A DNA stretch of 64,000 nt from Sarea resinae (lineage: Eukaryota), in the NCBI GenBank assembly GCA_026026165.1, contig JAPEUD010000025.1:124001-188000 (forward strand), read 5' to 3'. Below are positions 13,101 to 26,640 of this stretch, piece after piece. The position numbers and the translations under genes were made by a program. Within the stretch, counting starts at the first letter, position 1. Each line of letters starts with the position of its first letter. The notes under the pieces were generated by a model that was not told the origin of the DNA, did no database searches, and saw only the letters and a program-made list of their open reading frames with translations.

Positions 13101-15579
13101 GGGTCTTCGCTGACGTTGACGATGCTTCCGAGATAAAAATACAATCCCTCAGCCGTCCTATATTTCTCGAAAAGATCAATGAGGCGATTAGGACCTAACA
13201 GATCCGAATACTTGATAGCGATTTGAACGACTGCGTGGAGGTTTTGACGAATGTTAGCCCCTAGCATCTCATTCAAGCAATCCAATGATTGATCGACGGA
13301 TAGCGACCCGAAGTAAGTGATGAGCCACTCCTCATTGAGATTCTGGGTGTTGACGATAACGCGCTTGATAGCGGCAGGGTCCTCGTAGTGTTCGAGTGCC
13401 TAGTGACAAATTTAGCAGATGATATCAAGCAGGGATTTGGGAACGCCAAACCCGTTGGAACAACCCAGCATTCTCGCAAAGCTGCGCAATTCTTGGCTTA
13501 TCGTAGTAAGAGAACATCTCGTTACCAAGAATTGCATCAGCAACCTGTGGTGCATTGACCAGATTCATCTCCAGCAATCGTGTCTGCAGATGCCCCTGCT
13601 CAGGCTTGTTGTCCTTGAGGGCGTCAAGTAAAAATGCAGTAGCTTGCTGGATCATATTCTGGGACTGGAAAACGTCCACAACACGATCGATATCAACAAG
13701 TGGCCCGCCTTCCTCATTGGCAAGAGCTGTTGCAAACTCTGCACCCTTTTCTGGATTGACGCGCACTATGTTCTGCAAGAGTTGAGTGAAGTCGGGCTGG
13801 TAGCCACTTTGCTTGGAGTACGGCAGGATCTTGTCGAATTGGCCAGTCTCTGCAAACGCAGCAACAACCTTGTGGGGGATGTTTGCCCGAAGGTAAATAC
13901 TCAGGGCGAGATTGAGATCATGTAAGCGTACAATATCCCCTAGCTCCTCAGAACACTCTAGCTTGTTCTCGTTCAACCATTTCTCAAGAAGATGCTTGCG
14001 GTTTTGCGCCAATACCGGTCTCACGAGCTCCAAGCTTTCATGTTTGTTCAGCGAGCCCTTATCCAGAAGCATACCGAAGTATTGTAGAATGACCGACAAT
14101 TGGCCTTGCTGAGATGGCAGATTCTTGAACCTCTCAATTGTCTGAGGGGTACGAAGGAAACCTCGCGGGGAGTTTGCTGCAGTCCTTGCGGCCTCAACGT
14201 AATTCCCTGAGCTCAAGAGCTGATTGAATTGCTGCTGATATAGTTGGTCTGCGCCAGGCAAGCCAGCCCGCGAAGCAAGCTTGACGGCAAGCTCTGAGTT
14301 TGCAGGGTTTTGTAGGAGGTATTGAATGATATTATTCTCGTCGATGCTCACTGAAAGAACCTGCCCTTTACGGTTGACACCCACCATTCCGGATGACTCC
14401 GAGTCTGGAGCGGTTGTGAAGATGGTCTCGCTTGAAATGCGATTCATGAAGATGCAAGTACCGGTCTCAAGGTCGTAGAGGTGGATGAACCCGTATTTGG
14501 TGACAAGATAGATAATGCAATATTTTTGCGAAACCTGCATGGCAACTGGAAAATCGTTGGCAGCTTCAGCTGGGAAGTATATGTCGACTGCCTTCTTTGC
14601 GAATACCGGGTTCGTCGCTTGGTGGTCAACTTCAACGACGTGCAGCTTCGCCCCAGTAGCGGTACGAACCCCGAAAGTGAAGACTTTGGTATCTGCAGGA
14701 GCGCCATCCAGCCGAAGCGTACCAAACGAGGCAGCATGGCCTTCGATGGCTTGGCTAATGCCTCGGTCACGAGAGTAAAGCTGCATTGCACCAACTACTC
14801 GACCTTGCTGTTGAGAGATACCCACGACGACCATCCATTTCTCATCATCGCTCACGCGGTAGTTGATGATTTGGCAACCCTAATTAGTGAGACGTCAGCG
14901 CTAGATTGACACGTATCATCACCATCGGCAGAAACCATACCGATAAATTGTTGTTTCGGTCGAAAATCTTCAGCGGAGCCACCTGGCTGGTATCAAGAAT
15001 ATTCCAGTGATAGACAGAGGTGTCTGTAACCAGCCCCAAGGTACTCTCACTGATCCACTTCCAGTAGACGACATCTTCGTTCATCGTTGCCGACTTGAGC
15101 TTGGCCTTCTGACCAAGGTCAAAGATCTGAAGTGTCCGCTGCTGAGCCTTGAGGGCAATGACGAGTCTATTCCAGTGCATGATAGCGCTGTCGGCCTTGA
15201 TCGGCCTCCTAATGGTGTTATTGCCATTCTTGAGATCGACGATGATGACCTCAGGTGAGGCATCTTCTGTGAGCTTCTGTCGAACACAAATGTAGTGGTC
15301 TGACTCCAATGTCTAGAGCTCCAATTAGTTTTGAAGCGTTATACGCTATTCAGAAACCTTACGCATGAATTGAACCCGATCGATTGGGGCTAGAGCAAGC
15401 CATATGTCAGTTTGTTGCTTTGCTAACATTACCAAACTCTGGGGTCAACAAGCGTACCGCAATTCCGGAATTTGTTAGCTGAAAAAGCTTTGTTAGCTGA
15501 AGATCAATCGTCTCGGAGGTCAGAAAGATCGGCATACCTGAACCAGCTCGGTGAACTTGATCGGGAGGGGAGCAGCCAT
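10141..15579 (-). CDS. chc1: Clathrin heavy chain; 8 exons: 15579-15538, 15478-15458, 15389-15363, 15312-14941, 14879-13452, 13399-10604, 10550-10431, 10377-10141
   Basis: N-terminus [42 protein letters not shown]. Propeller motifs [20 protein letters not shown] and [18 protein letters not shown] repeats ([32 protein letters not shown]). C-terminal QATG motif. Confidence 0.98.
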
Positions 15580-16793
15580 ATTTATTTGCGCCGTCCGCCG
15601 CGCGACCTCATGGACCCAGGATAGGTGTGGTTCAAGGTGAAGGGTACCAGTGGTGAGGTGAGAAAGAGTCAAAGACGCTGAGCCCCAAGCCTGTAGATGG
15701 GTAGGTGGTAAAGAGGGTATGCAGAGGCTGGCAGTGGTTGATGAAATTAAGTTACAGTGAAGTTGACGATGATGATCAGGATGAGAGCTTAAGGAGAGTC
15801 GTGTCGCTTACTTGACAATTCAGGTGAATGCACGCTAGTAGTGCGCGGCTCTCCGGACCTGTAATTTCGTAGCTCCTCGCTCCAGCGAGAGGTGTTCATT
15901 ATTTCAAGCAAGGCGGGCATGTAACGCGCATGTAAGGTACGAGTACTGAAAGGAACAAAATTTCGATTCCTATTCGTACTAGGTAGGCAGCGTCAACCTA
16001 ATGTTGTCATCACATGGCGAAGGATACGAGTAGGTATCACTAACAGCACTCCAAGCATGTTCCAGTCGATGAATGAAAGCTTCGAGTATTGCCTTTTGCC
16101 ATCTACTCATCTACCCTTGATTCCAAAGAATTCAGTCATATCCTGCGACCTTGGATGAGCACTGTCAAGCACCACCAACTTCTGACTCGCAGACCTCAGA
16201 GCATATCCACGTCCTTTCACCTCCTATCTATAAAGAGTAAAAGCTTCAAATGGTACAGCCGTATGTGCGTTGGCAACTTTTCTCTCGCTCACTGCTTCTG
16301 TAATGTTTTACTGCAACAGACTAAAGTACCCCAGTTTATCAATCGCACGTTTTGTTGAATCTGCGTGTTCTGAATTCCAAAAAATATCATTCAAATTTGC
16401 TAAGGCAGCGTTTCTGATAGCGTCGCGTCGCCATAGAGGTCTCTCGCCAAATGGTCAGGAAATGCCTACTTTGACTGGCGTGGTGACTATCTTGTTGCCA
16501 GCTTCCATTTGCGACCGGTCCTATTCGATCATTGGAATCTGTTTGACGATGACTTGCAACACATACCACAAGAAGCTTTTCCAGCTCGTTTTGCGTTGGG
16601 AAGTCTGGCTTTGCTATTTGGTCCAATGGATCATTCCTTTATTATCACTTCATTAAATATATTTCTATCTAATATTCCCATTCATCTTCATAGCTCCCGT
16701 CAATATCCATGCCTATTGCCGAAACAGAAGAACGCCAAATCCAGATCATAACATGACGCCATTAAGATGCTCAGATCAATCCGACAAGCTGAG

Positions 16794-17131
16794 TCAAAGA
16801 GTCTACCCTCATTAGCTATGTCCTAGCAGATCAGTCTCAGAAAGGTGGCCTACAAATGCAATTCCTCCAACAACAACTAAGCCGAGTGCGGACCCCGAAA
16901 ATGGATTCAGGAGTGATGGGCCATTGTTCGTAATGGGGCTACCAGTCGGTATGGGCGGGGAGATCGCCCCTGAAGATGACGGAGCCACTCCAGTTCCTGT
17001 CGGTAGGGTTGAATTATAACTGGCGGCAGTGTTATTATAGGCCTCTCGGAATACTCAAGAGGACCTTACCCTGCAGCGGCAGCAGTAGCTGCGAGAGCCG
17101 AGACAGTCATGGCAACGAAGTTGAAGTGCAT
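16794..17131 (-). CDS. Very small secreted, Pro/Ser/Thr-rich, probably GPI-anchored cell-surface protein (~78 aa); exons 17131-17070, 17019-16854, 16802-16794
   Basis: Product MHFNFVAMTVSALAATAAAAG|YNSTLPTGTGVAPSSSGAISPPIPTGSPITNNGPSLLNPFSGSALGLVVVGGIAF|TL*. It has a signal peptide, an N-S-T sequon and a hydrophobic tail. Donors are GTAAGG and GTAGGC; intron 2 has a GCTAAT branch point. Absent from the ORF track. Confidence 0.75.
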
Positions 17132-19336
17132 CTTGACAGCGATGAGTAGACTTATGAGGGAGAGGTGTATATGCAGCAGTAATTCGCTTCGGATAGGAAT
17201 ATACGTCGAACTTGCGTTTCCTTATCGATAGAGTGTAGATTTATTGGATTTTGTACAGTCGGGAGTAGATTTGCAGGAAAGCACGACAACGGCCATCTTA
17301 TATCATTTCATGAAGGAGAGAAAAGCTCGAAGTCTCGTTGCCCTAGCACCAGGCTGCGTAATTACGTTGACCCACCATGATCATGGTCTAGCAGTTATTG
17401 ATAGATCGGCAGCCGTGATCAATGCGACGGGTGTGGGCAGTGTCATTAGGTTGCCGATAGAGAAAAGCTCCAAACAACCACTGGAGACATGTTGCCATCG
17501 TTGCAACTCCAGCAAGGTTGTGCCCACGCACTACAAGCTCGCCGTTGAACGAGGATCGTTACCATAGCAAGCTGAATACTCCGGGAGTAGTGTGGGGCGT
17601 TCAGCCGAAAAACCCGCACACCACCAGACCTTTCCTGCCTGGTACTTTGTACTTGTTACGATATATATACTTCATACTAGTTAGGAGGGGGCTTCGCTGG
17701 AGCCTGGATCAGAGATGGCATTGGTTGTGCCCCAAATAGAGCGGCGAAGGTCCTGACACAAGACACACACACGGAAGGCTCAGCGAGATCAATAATACCC
17801 GACGGTACTCAATGCAACTACTCCGGAGTACTCTATGATGCATTTCACTAAGGTACTACTCGGAGTAGGTATGTAAGGTACCTCTATATTTCGTATCCAC
17901 GGCGACGCCTCACGGGGCTGCTGCTTAGTTCTTCTAGGGTCATCTTCCATCCAATCCGTTCTTCTACTCGACCTGGCAAGTGCCTTACCTACTAGGTAGG
18001 GATATCCGCTGTGGAGGTTATATTACTGTGCACGCAGTACTCTGTAGACGAGGTGACTTTCTCTGATTCTTATTTCATGAAGCTTCCGCTGAGCTCATCT
18101 CATAGCCATGGTCGGCTTCACACAATGAGGTTACTGGCCCATTCGGATGATTACAGCTACTCTAGTAGTGTATGAGTACGGAGCAGTAACTCCCCGATAG
18201 CATTTCCGCCCTCAAATGCGTTCCGGTGGCTCGAGAATATTCACCATCACGCAGCACAAGTCAGCCCTACGCAAGCCAACCTTCAATATACGTCGAATCA
18301 ATTTCATTGCGTGTTCCGTCATTCGCGGAACGGTTCGAGGTATTCGGGGAATTGCTCGTGCATCGACATCACTCCACCCGTAATATCATCTCCTTCATAT
18401 ATCGCAGTCGTCTCAGAGAGCTGCTTAGAGGCGTGCACTTATGTACAGCCGATCATTGCGGCCCTTCCCATAGCCAAAGGGCAAGAAAAGCGCCGCACCC
18501 AAGATCAGCCGCGAATAATATTCTCCATCCATCAGACGATTTCCGTAAGTCATGGAACCTCACATCGCCAACAAGGACGACGGGTGTCTCGTAGGAATGC
18601 TTTTATCAGGATGTGTTGTTTTTTGCGTTGTTCATGTAGAAGAAAAGAAAAGAAAAAAATGAAAAGTTCGTGAAGAGAAGCGACAGATAAATGCGTGCCC
18701 AACACTCACGCATAGTTACCCGGCCTTTGATTATTGCCTCGTAAATAGCCCTGTGAGGACTACTATGGGTAAGCTAAGATAGGTAGCTAGCTATTATATT
18801 TCATCTGTCTTATCAGAGAGAAGAACTTAAGAAAAGAGCCTCTGCAAGGGACTCAAGACATAGCTACAGTTACATTCAAAGCCTTGTCGTGATTGAGGAT
18901 ATTTCTCCCTTCTTTAAAGAACCCACACGTTCCTATCTGATACTTGTCATAATGGCTTGCAGCATTTAACTATTGGCTTCCAGCCCGAGGTTTGTGACAC
19001 TGAGAATGCATGAAGTGACTGCGCCCCGTAGCGTATTAACCGAGCCAATTAACAACAGCACTGACGCCACAGAACGAACAATCGTACGGAGCATCCACGA
19101 GGAAAGTTTTGTGTTGTCCAAGTCCACTGGAAGACATCAGCTCTCTCAAAGACGATTCTTGTTCCACCTTCACCGACAAGAACCTTCAGATATTCCAGTC
19201 TACGCAGACCCTTGTGGGATTCACCCCTGAACCAGGACCCAAGGACACATTTGCCCCTCATCGCACGTCTGCCGAACTGGTTGAGTCACCCCGCTAATTT
19301 CAGGTCTTTACCCTCACCAATCTTTATACCACAATC

Positions 19337-21051
19337 ATGGCGACGAATGGAAATTTCTCAGACGATGAGTCCCCTCCCGGGTCTCCTGGGCTTGAGCCCT
19401 CCCAAGATGTCGATCATCATGAGATCGAAGAGCCTGTCGAGAAACCGAAGTCGGCATTAAAAAAGTCATCACGACCAGCACCAATTCCTGAGCCCTCGAG
19501 GCCAGAACTTCCCCAACAACCAGATCCAGAGAATCTGGACGTCAAGGCCCTCACGCCTTTATCACCGGAGATTATCGCTCGCCAAGCTACGATCAATATT
19601 GGGACAATAGGGCATGTGGCGCACGGAAAGTCAACCGTTGTCAAAGCGATATCGGGGGTTCAGACCGTCAGATTCAAGAACGAGCTGGAGAGGAACATTA
19701 CGATCAAACTTGGTTACGCGAACGCAAAGATCTACAAGTGTGACAACGAGGAATGCCCACGGCCAGGTTGCTATCGGAGTTTCAAGAGTGAAAAGGAAGT
19801 AGATCCTCCTTGTGAACGGGAAGGTTGCGGTGGCCGATATCGATTGCTAAGACATGTCTCGTAAGTCAATAGTGCTTTCCATTGTGAATAAGCAGCTTCT
19901 CTGATGCCTCGGTGGCTAGATTCGTCGATTGCCCCGGTCACGATATTCTCATGAGCACTATGCTTTCAGGAGCTGCAGTCATGGATGCTGCTCTGCTTCT
20001 TATTGCTGGCAATGAGACGTGTCCTCAGCCGCAAACTTCAGAGCATCTTGCGGCCATCGAGATCATGAAGCTCAATCATATCATCATTCTTCAGAACAAA
20101 GTGGATCTGATGCGAGAAGAGGGTGCTGCCGAGCATTATCAGTCCATCCTAAAATTCATCCGTGGAACAGTTGCCGATGGTTCCCCTATCATCCCTATCT
20201 CCGCGCAACTCAAGTTTAACATTGATGCTGTCAATGAATATCTAGTCACAAAGATTCCTGTTCCTGTTCGAGATTTCACGGCAGCCCCCCACATGATTAT
20301 TATTCGTTCTTTTGATGTCAACAAACCTGGTGCTGAGATCGAAGACTTGAAGGGAGGCGTTGCTGGAGGCAGTATCTTGACTGGAGTATTGAAGCTGGGC
20401 GATGAAATCGAAATTCGGCCTGGTATCGTCAGCAGAGATGATCAAGGCAAGATCAAATGCAGACCCATCTTCAGCAGAGTGGTCACTCTATTCGCTGAAC
20501 ACAACGACCTTAAATTTGCAGTTCCAGGTGGCCTCATTGGTAAATTTTCTGAACTCTGCTTGTGTACCAACCGCCCATGAACTGATAATATCTGCAGGTG
20601 TTGGTACGCGCGTGGACCCTACCCTCTGTCGTGCCGATCGTCTTGTCGGCTTCGTCCTTGGGCTCAAGGGCCGTCTGCCGGCCATCTATACCGAGCTCGA
20701 AGTGAACTACTTCCTTCTCCGACGTCTCCTTGGAGTCAAGACTGCAGATGGCAAGCAGGCTAAAGTGGCTAAACTATCCAAGAACGAAGTTTTGATGGTC
20801 AACATTGGTAGCACGGCAACAGGTGCAAAAGTCATGGGAGTCAAGGGCGACGCTGCAAAGCTGAGCCTCACCAGCCCGGCGTGTACTGAGATTGGAGAGA
20901 AGATTGCCTTGAGTCGGCGTATCGAAAAGCATTGGCGACTGATTGGTTGGGCGAACATTGTGGCGTAAGTGCATTCTGTCCGACATTTGGCTCAACGATT
21001 CACTGACGGGCAAATGACAGTGGCAACACGTTGGAACCTAGCATTGAATGA
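19337..21051 (+). CDS. gcd11: Translation initiation factor eIF2 gamma subunit; exons 19337-19860, 19920-20539, 20598-20964, 21021-21051
   Basis: G1 motif [20 protein letters not shown]3 motif DCPGH, G4 motif QNKVD, plus RSFDVNKPG and [13 protein letters not shown]. Introns are canonical. Confidence 0.98.
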
Positions 21052-21990
21052 GCATCTCGGGTAGCTACAGGGCGAGTCATTGATTTTACTGACGATCAAG
21101 GAAGGTTGACGAAGTGATGATACGGACGCTTCCATGATGTGTGACACGTATCTAGCTTGAAGCCTTGTTCTTTCTTCTCATCTCTGGTGGCTGGTGTGGA
21201 CTGCAGCTGTTGAAGTTGTCAGGTACTAAGTAGCTAAGAAAAATAGAAACCCTCTGAAATGTCTCACTCGCAGGGGGCAGCTGCGTAAAAAGGTAAACGT
21301 GAAAAGCCCAGCTCTCGGGACAGATGCATTAAGGTTACAGAAAGTCCAATGTGATTGAGCAAGAAATATAAGCCAGCGGATGGCACTCTGGACCAAAGCA
21401 AGGAGTACATAGTAGAGCCTTGAAAGTCGCCCATCCTTCCATTATGTAGTGCTCTCTGAAATCGATTCATATGTTATGTGTGTCTCTACTCGGTTTCGAA
21501 TTGGAGCAATTAATGCCGTCAATAGTAGTGGAACATTCCCTCTGAGACTATCCGTGGATGGATACCTTACTCGGCAACCGAAATGTTTCCCTTTCCGTAA
21601 TTTTCACATGTCCCTTCGGTTTGTGACTAGGAAATTCCCCCAACAGCCGTCACAGCTTACCTCACTGCGTACTACTGTACCTAGACACTACCTAAACCTA
21701 CCAACCTACCTACTCAGACTCTACATCATCCATCATCCATCCAATTCCGACAACAGCCCTCCACACTCGTTCTTCTTGACAGAACACAGAACCCCTCACC
21801 ACCACTGCCGTCATAGGCAGTCACTCCCCTCCAGCGCACGTTTCCGAGGCCTCACCACGATTTCTCACTGAGGATTGACTCCCTTCATTGTCTCTTCAAT
21901 CATAGACCGACCTTGCGCTGGCCCAGAGTAATATCCCCATCGATTGCCCCAACACCGCCTGTATAATCCGACACCCCATCCGCACTATCC

Positions 21991-23197
21991 ATGATGACGA
22001 GCGATCAGCCCCCTCTACGGCCGACTCCTCGCCGGCCATTCGAGCTGACCACTCCTTCTACCGACTCTTCGCATCCGCCATCACCTCCGGAGTCGAACGA
22101 CAGCAGCCACCTTGGCTCGAAGCCGAGCGAAGATGTGTCAAGAACTCGATCGATCTTAAACCTAACTTCTTCCACTCTCTTGGGCATATATTCTCCCACT
22201 GGCTACGATGCGACGCGGGATGAGCCGTCTACTCCTTGGGGAACTGGCGCTGAGACGCCAAGTCTTGGGGCGAGCGCGGATATCAGTCCGAACCTTCCTT
22301 CGCAAGCCGCACACTGGGAGCGACCACCAACAAGGCGCATCGCCTCTCATCGCCCTCCTCCTAGATCGCGAAGTGGTTTCCTCTCTTTGGCTATGCGAAC
22401 CTTCCTACTGTTCTCGTTAGGCGTAGCCTACGGCGCAATTGTCACCCACCTGCACGATAATCAGGGCTTGGCTCCCGTGCCCATTGAAGGTATCGATGGG
22501 GGCTCTCGGGGATACTTACTCTTCTGGGGCATTGCTGGAGTAGGGCTCGGAAGCTTGCTGCCTTGGGTGGATATTCTGTGGGAGACCAAGATCGAGGATG
22601 ATGTCACTGTTGGCACGAAGGAGACGTTACAGAACCTTACTCCGCCGAGCAGTGACGATGAAGAAACCGAGAAAAAGACTCAAGTCATTGGAGGCTTAGG
22701 GGCTGACTGGAACCCTGCCGTCCGAAGTATCGGTGCCTTTGTCGGAATAGCATTTGCAATTGTTGGTTGAATCTTCTACTGGCCGTATTGGCCATAGATG
22801 TCCTTTTTCGTGCTAACTCTGTTAATCGCAGCGCAAACTACCTTGGCAGTCTACTCTTCAAGCATCCCTCACTCTGGCACTTCTGAATCCCGTTCTGTGG
22901 TATACAATCGATCGATCGAAACCGGGCTTCATACTTTCCGCCATCATCGGTATCACAGGCACTGCTGTGCTCCTCGGCATCAACCCAGAAATCGTTCCTT
23001 CACCAGCAACTTCGTCACCGAGTGCATCTGCTGGCGTTGCCGCTGAGAGCATGACGAAGTCGGGAACGCTGGCTGGGCTGATCAGCACCGAGAGCATCGG
23101 GGTCTCGGCCTGGATCGCTAGTGTCCTCTTCTGTAGTTGTGTTTGTTTTGGAAACATTGGTAGGCGGCTGGCCCTGAAGAATCACTCGGCGGCTTGA
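21991..23197 (+). CDS. INSIG (insulin-induced gene)-family ER membrane protein; exons 21991-22761 and 22832-23197
   Basis: Motifs RSILNLTSSTLLGIY, LLFSLGVAYGAIVTHLHD, WNPAVRSIGAFVGIAFAI|RKLPWQSTLQASLTLALLNPVLWYTIDRSKPGF and C-terminal WIASVLFCSCVCFGNIGRRL are typical of fungal INSIG proteins. Confidence 0.88.
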
Positions 23198-24001
23198 TGG
23201 CAATGGTAATCCATTGCGTGGGATGGCATCGTGAGTCTAAGTATTCGTCCTTTTTTCTCATAGCGAGGGGTCGTTAAAAAGTGGTGCATCTCTGCAAAAT
23301 GCATGGGGGAGGTTGATGCTCGCGTGACGTTTTGATTTTACTGTTTACTCCTTTTCGGGGAGGATCGGGGGCAATATTAATGGCAATACTCTCATCTCTT
23401 ATTGAACTTTTGCATTGTACATACCATACCTACCTATGGTACTATAAGGTACTCTAGTCATACTACCTTGGTGGGATCAAAATGGTCGCATCACGATTCG
23501 ATGCGCCACAGACTCCTTCATCTCCAAACATCAGGTTCGAGCGGATCTCGAGGCAGATCGGATCCATGATGTAAAATATATTATAAACCTGATGCCGGAA
23601 AGGGGTGAAATCTCAATGAGACGGTGGGCATTGAGAGTCTTCGAAGTCCCGGTTCAGGCGGTATGTATACAGTGGACAGGGGTACCTCTCTACGGCGCCA
23701 ATCATGACATGCCGCACCGCGAGGAGGAGCTGCCCACACGGCCATTGCCCTCCCCCATGAGCCATCACCACGTCGACTGCCAATGTCCCCGCTGCGATCC
23801 TTCTGCTGTCTGCATCTGAAGCATCTGAATCTCCCATCCGCTGGACGCTCCTGTCCCTTTCGCGATCTCTCGCTTTACGTTCCATGACTTGGGGAATGCT
23901 GTCAGCCCCAAGGCCACTGTCCCCGTACGACTGCCGTTGAAGTGTCAATTGCGCCGTAGACACGCATCAGCACACAGGGTCACCTGTATTGGCTGCGACC
24001 T

Positions 24002-26640
24002 ATGCCTGCTGCCAAATCGAAAGCAGAGTTACAGAATCAGAAATCAAAGGTATATGAGCTGCTCGGTTTCCGATGCGTCCATCCCATGTGCCGCGCCATC
24101 TCCATTCGAAAGTCGTATAACACTAATCCTTCGGCCACGCCGTAGCTCGCCAACTCCTACCATGAGCTCCTCGAGTGAGCGCCCATTGCTTCCACCGGGC
24201 ACCATCTAGCTGCTAATATACCTGTGCAGCGAGTTCGCGTCGAAAGAGTTGAGGACGGTCGGAAATTACTCTCTCGGGCGACTCATAGGCAAAGGGTCGT
24301 TCGGGAAGGTCTATCTCGCGTCTCACAAGCTCACCAACGGGTCCAAGGTTCATCATCCCGACGCGGAAAGATGATGTGTGGGTCTGCTGACACGACCCCA
24401 TAGGTTGTTCTCAAGTCGGCGAACAAAGATGACTCCAATCTTGCAAGAGAGATCCATCACCACCGACAATTCCTCCATCCACATATCGCTCGCCTATATG
24501 AGGTTATAGTGACGGAATCGCTGGTATGGCTGGTGTTGGAGTATTGTCCAGGTGAGCCCGGCCGCAAAGATTTTCGAACACTGCTGACCGATCGTTGCCG
24601 CATGCAGGGGACGAACTCTACAACTATCTCCTTAATAATGGCCCCATAGCTCCAGAGAAGGTTCAGAAGATCTTCACCCAGCTCGTTGGTGCGGTTGCCT
24701 ACGTTCATAATAAATCATGTGTCCACCGCGATCTCAAGCTCGAAAACATTCTACTCGACAAGAACGGGAATGTGAAGCTCTGTGATTTCGGATTCACGCG
24801 GGAATATGAAGGCAAGGCGAGCTACTTGCAGACGTTCTGCGGCACAATCTGCTACAGCGCTCCCGAGATGTTAAAAGCCGAACGGTACGCTGGGGAGAAG
24901 GTCGACGTCTGGAGTCTCGGGATCATCCTTTACGCGCTTCTGGCCGGCGAATTGCCATTCGACGACGATGATGATATCTCAACGAAGATGAAGATCCTGG
25001 GCGAGGAACCAAAATATCCAGACCATTTCCCTCCTGACGCCAAGGCTTTGATATCTCAGCTCTTGTCAAAACGACCTCTCTTAAGGCCTTCACTTTCCGA
25101 AATACTCGCGCATCCCTTCCTCGCACCACACGCCCCCCAGCAGCAGGTTATCTTAAAGTTGCAGCAACCCGCACCCTTCACTACGAAGCTCGAGAAAGAC
25201 ACCCTAGAACGAATGAGGAGTGCTGGCGTAAACATTGATCATGTAATAGAGAATGTTCTTGCCCAGCGATGCGACAGCCTGGCAGGGTGGTGGGCTCTTT
25301 TGATTGAGAAAGAAGAGCGCAAGGAGAAGCGCCGAGAAAGGAAACGAAGGGAAAAAGAAGCAGAAGCCCGGACTTTACGTCGACTTAGCGCCGCGAGTAG
25401 CCGTCTAGACCGCATGGGACCGATACTCAGGGAGGTGGATGAGGAAGGTGAACACGTTATTGTTGGCGATGAAATTCCTCGGAGTCGAGGAAGAAAGGAA
25501 AGACGGAGCATGACAGACAGTAAGCCTCTCTACATTCAAAGAGACAGACATTCAAAGAGACAGGGCTAATAAGATACAGCTCAACTAGCAGACCTTCCTA
25601 GTATGCCGGAAGGAGTTTCGATTGGTTCTCCCATATTCAAAAAACCGCCGCCTCCAATAGAGAAGGACTCTCTTCGGTCAGCGAACTCCTCCAGAAGCAG
25701 ACCTCCGCTTCCGCCAAAGGAGAAAAGAAGATCGCGTAGCAGCACTATGCACCTCGTCTCTTCTAATCCAGATTTACTATCCCCGACTGGATACAAGGGC
25801 CGCAGACCGCGCCGCCATCAGCATCCTTTCATCAGTCAGCTAGTCTCTATAAAGCACTGGTTTGTGGATTCCGCCAAGCGGGCAAAGTCACCAGGGCTGC
25901 AAAAAAATTCGTCGACATCGAAGCTACCCCAAATCAAAAGGCCCGATGAGCCTTCAGCAACCTCAAAATCTTCTCGAGGGTCCAGCGCTGCGTTAGGCTC
26001 AAAGGAGGGGAGTGTACCGCAGCGCCCACAGGTCATGACCTCGGCAAATCGCACGTCCTTGTCACCATCACCACTGACACCACACACGTACCGAAGGACA
26101 TCAGTCGGCCTGCGGGGACGGAAATCTACCTCATCCTCTGTCTCATCCGTCCGTTCTATACATCAGCACCATCATAGCCATTCCAAAGCCTCCTCGACAT
26201 CATCAACATCTATCAATTCCTCTGTGGCAAAGTCGCCTCGTTCACCCCATCCGTCCGTTAAAGTTTTGCCCGCCACCCCAACAACCAGCGTTTTCCCTTC
26301 TAATATCCGAGTCGTCCGTGGGCAATCAAATTACAATGAGGCACAAGCTGTCGATATAGGTCTACCGGCTCCCGCTGGCCTGGTATTCGCGAAGCGAAAG
26401 AGGAGTCCTTTCAAGGGTCCTATGCTTAATGTTGGACCCGGAGTAGGGAATAGTCCTTCAAGAGCAAGAGAGTCGAGCATGACGAGGAGCGCTTCGGCTG
26501 CGGGAAGGACGAGCGGGGAAATCATACAAGAGGAAGACGAGGACTTGGTTGAGGAAGTCGATAATTTCTCACCCTTGAACGGGCCCGGCGAGGTCGAGAC
26601 TGTCTTCGAGGATGATCCGACACGGACAGCGCCCGGGTGA
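24002..26640 (+). CDS. Ser/Thr protein kinase, CAMK group (Ppk16-like); exons 24002-24049, 24146-24174, 24230-24347, 24404-24551, 24608-25519, 25580-26640
   Basis: Kinase motifs IGKGSFGKV, HRDLKLEN, DFG, CGTICYSAPE and DVWSLG, followed by a long Ser/Arg-rich tail. Exon phases are consistent from MPAAKSKAELQNQKSK onward. Confidence 0.92.
25532..25563. repeat. Exact 16-bp tandem duplication (ACATTCAAAGAGACAG)x2 inside kinase intron 5
   Basis: Directly visible in the sequence. Confidence 0.9.

Noticed and set aside
4131..15258. Numerous + strand ORFs (for example 5429-6088, 10745-11203, 14481-14909)
   Set aside because: They are antisense shadows of the pyc and clathrin coding exons and carry no independent motifs.
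16089..16751. Possible transposase (pogo/CENP-B) remnant
   Set aside because: The resemblance of 'PDFPTQNELEKLL' is superficial; I found no DDE motif, terminal inverted repeats or continuous frame.
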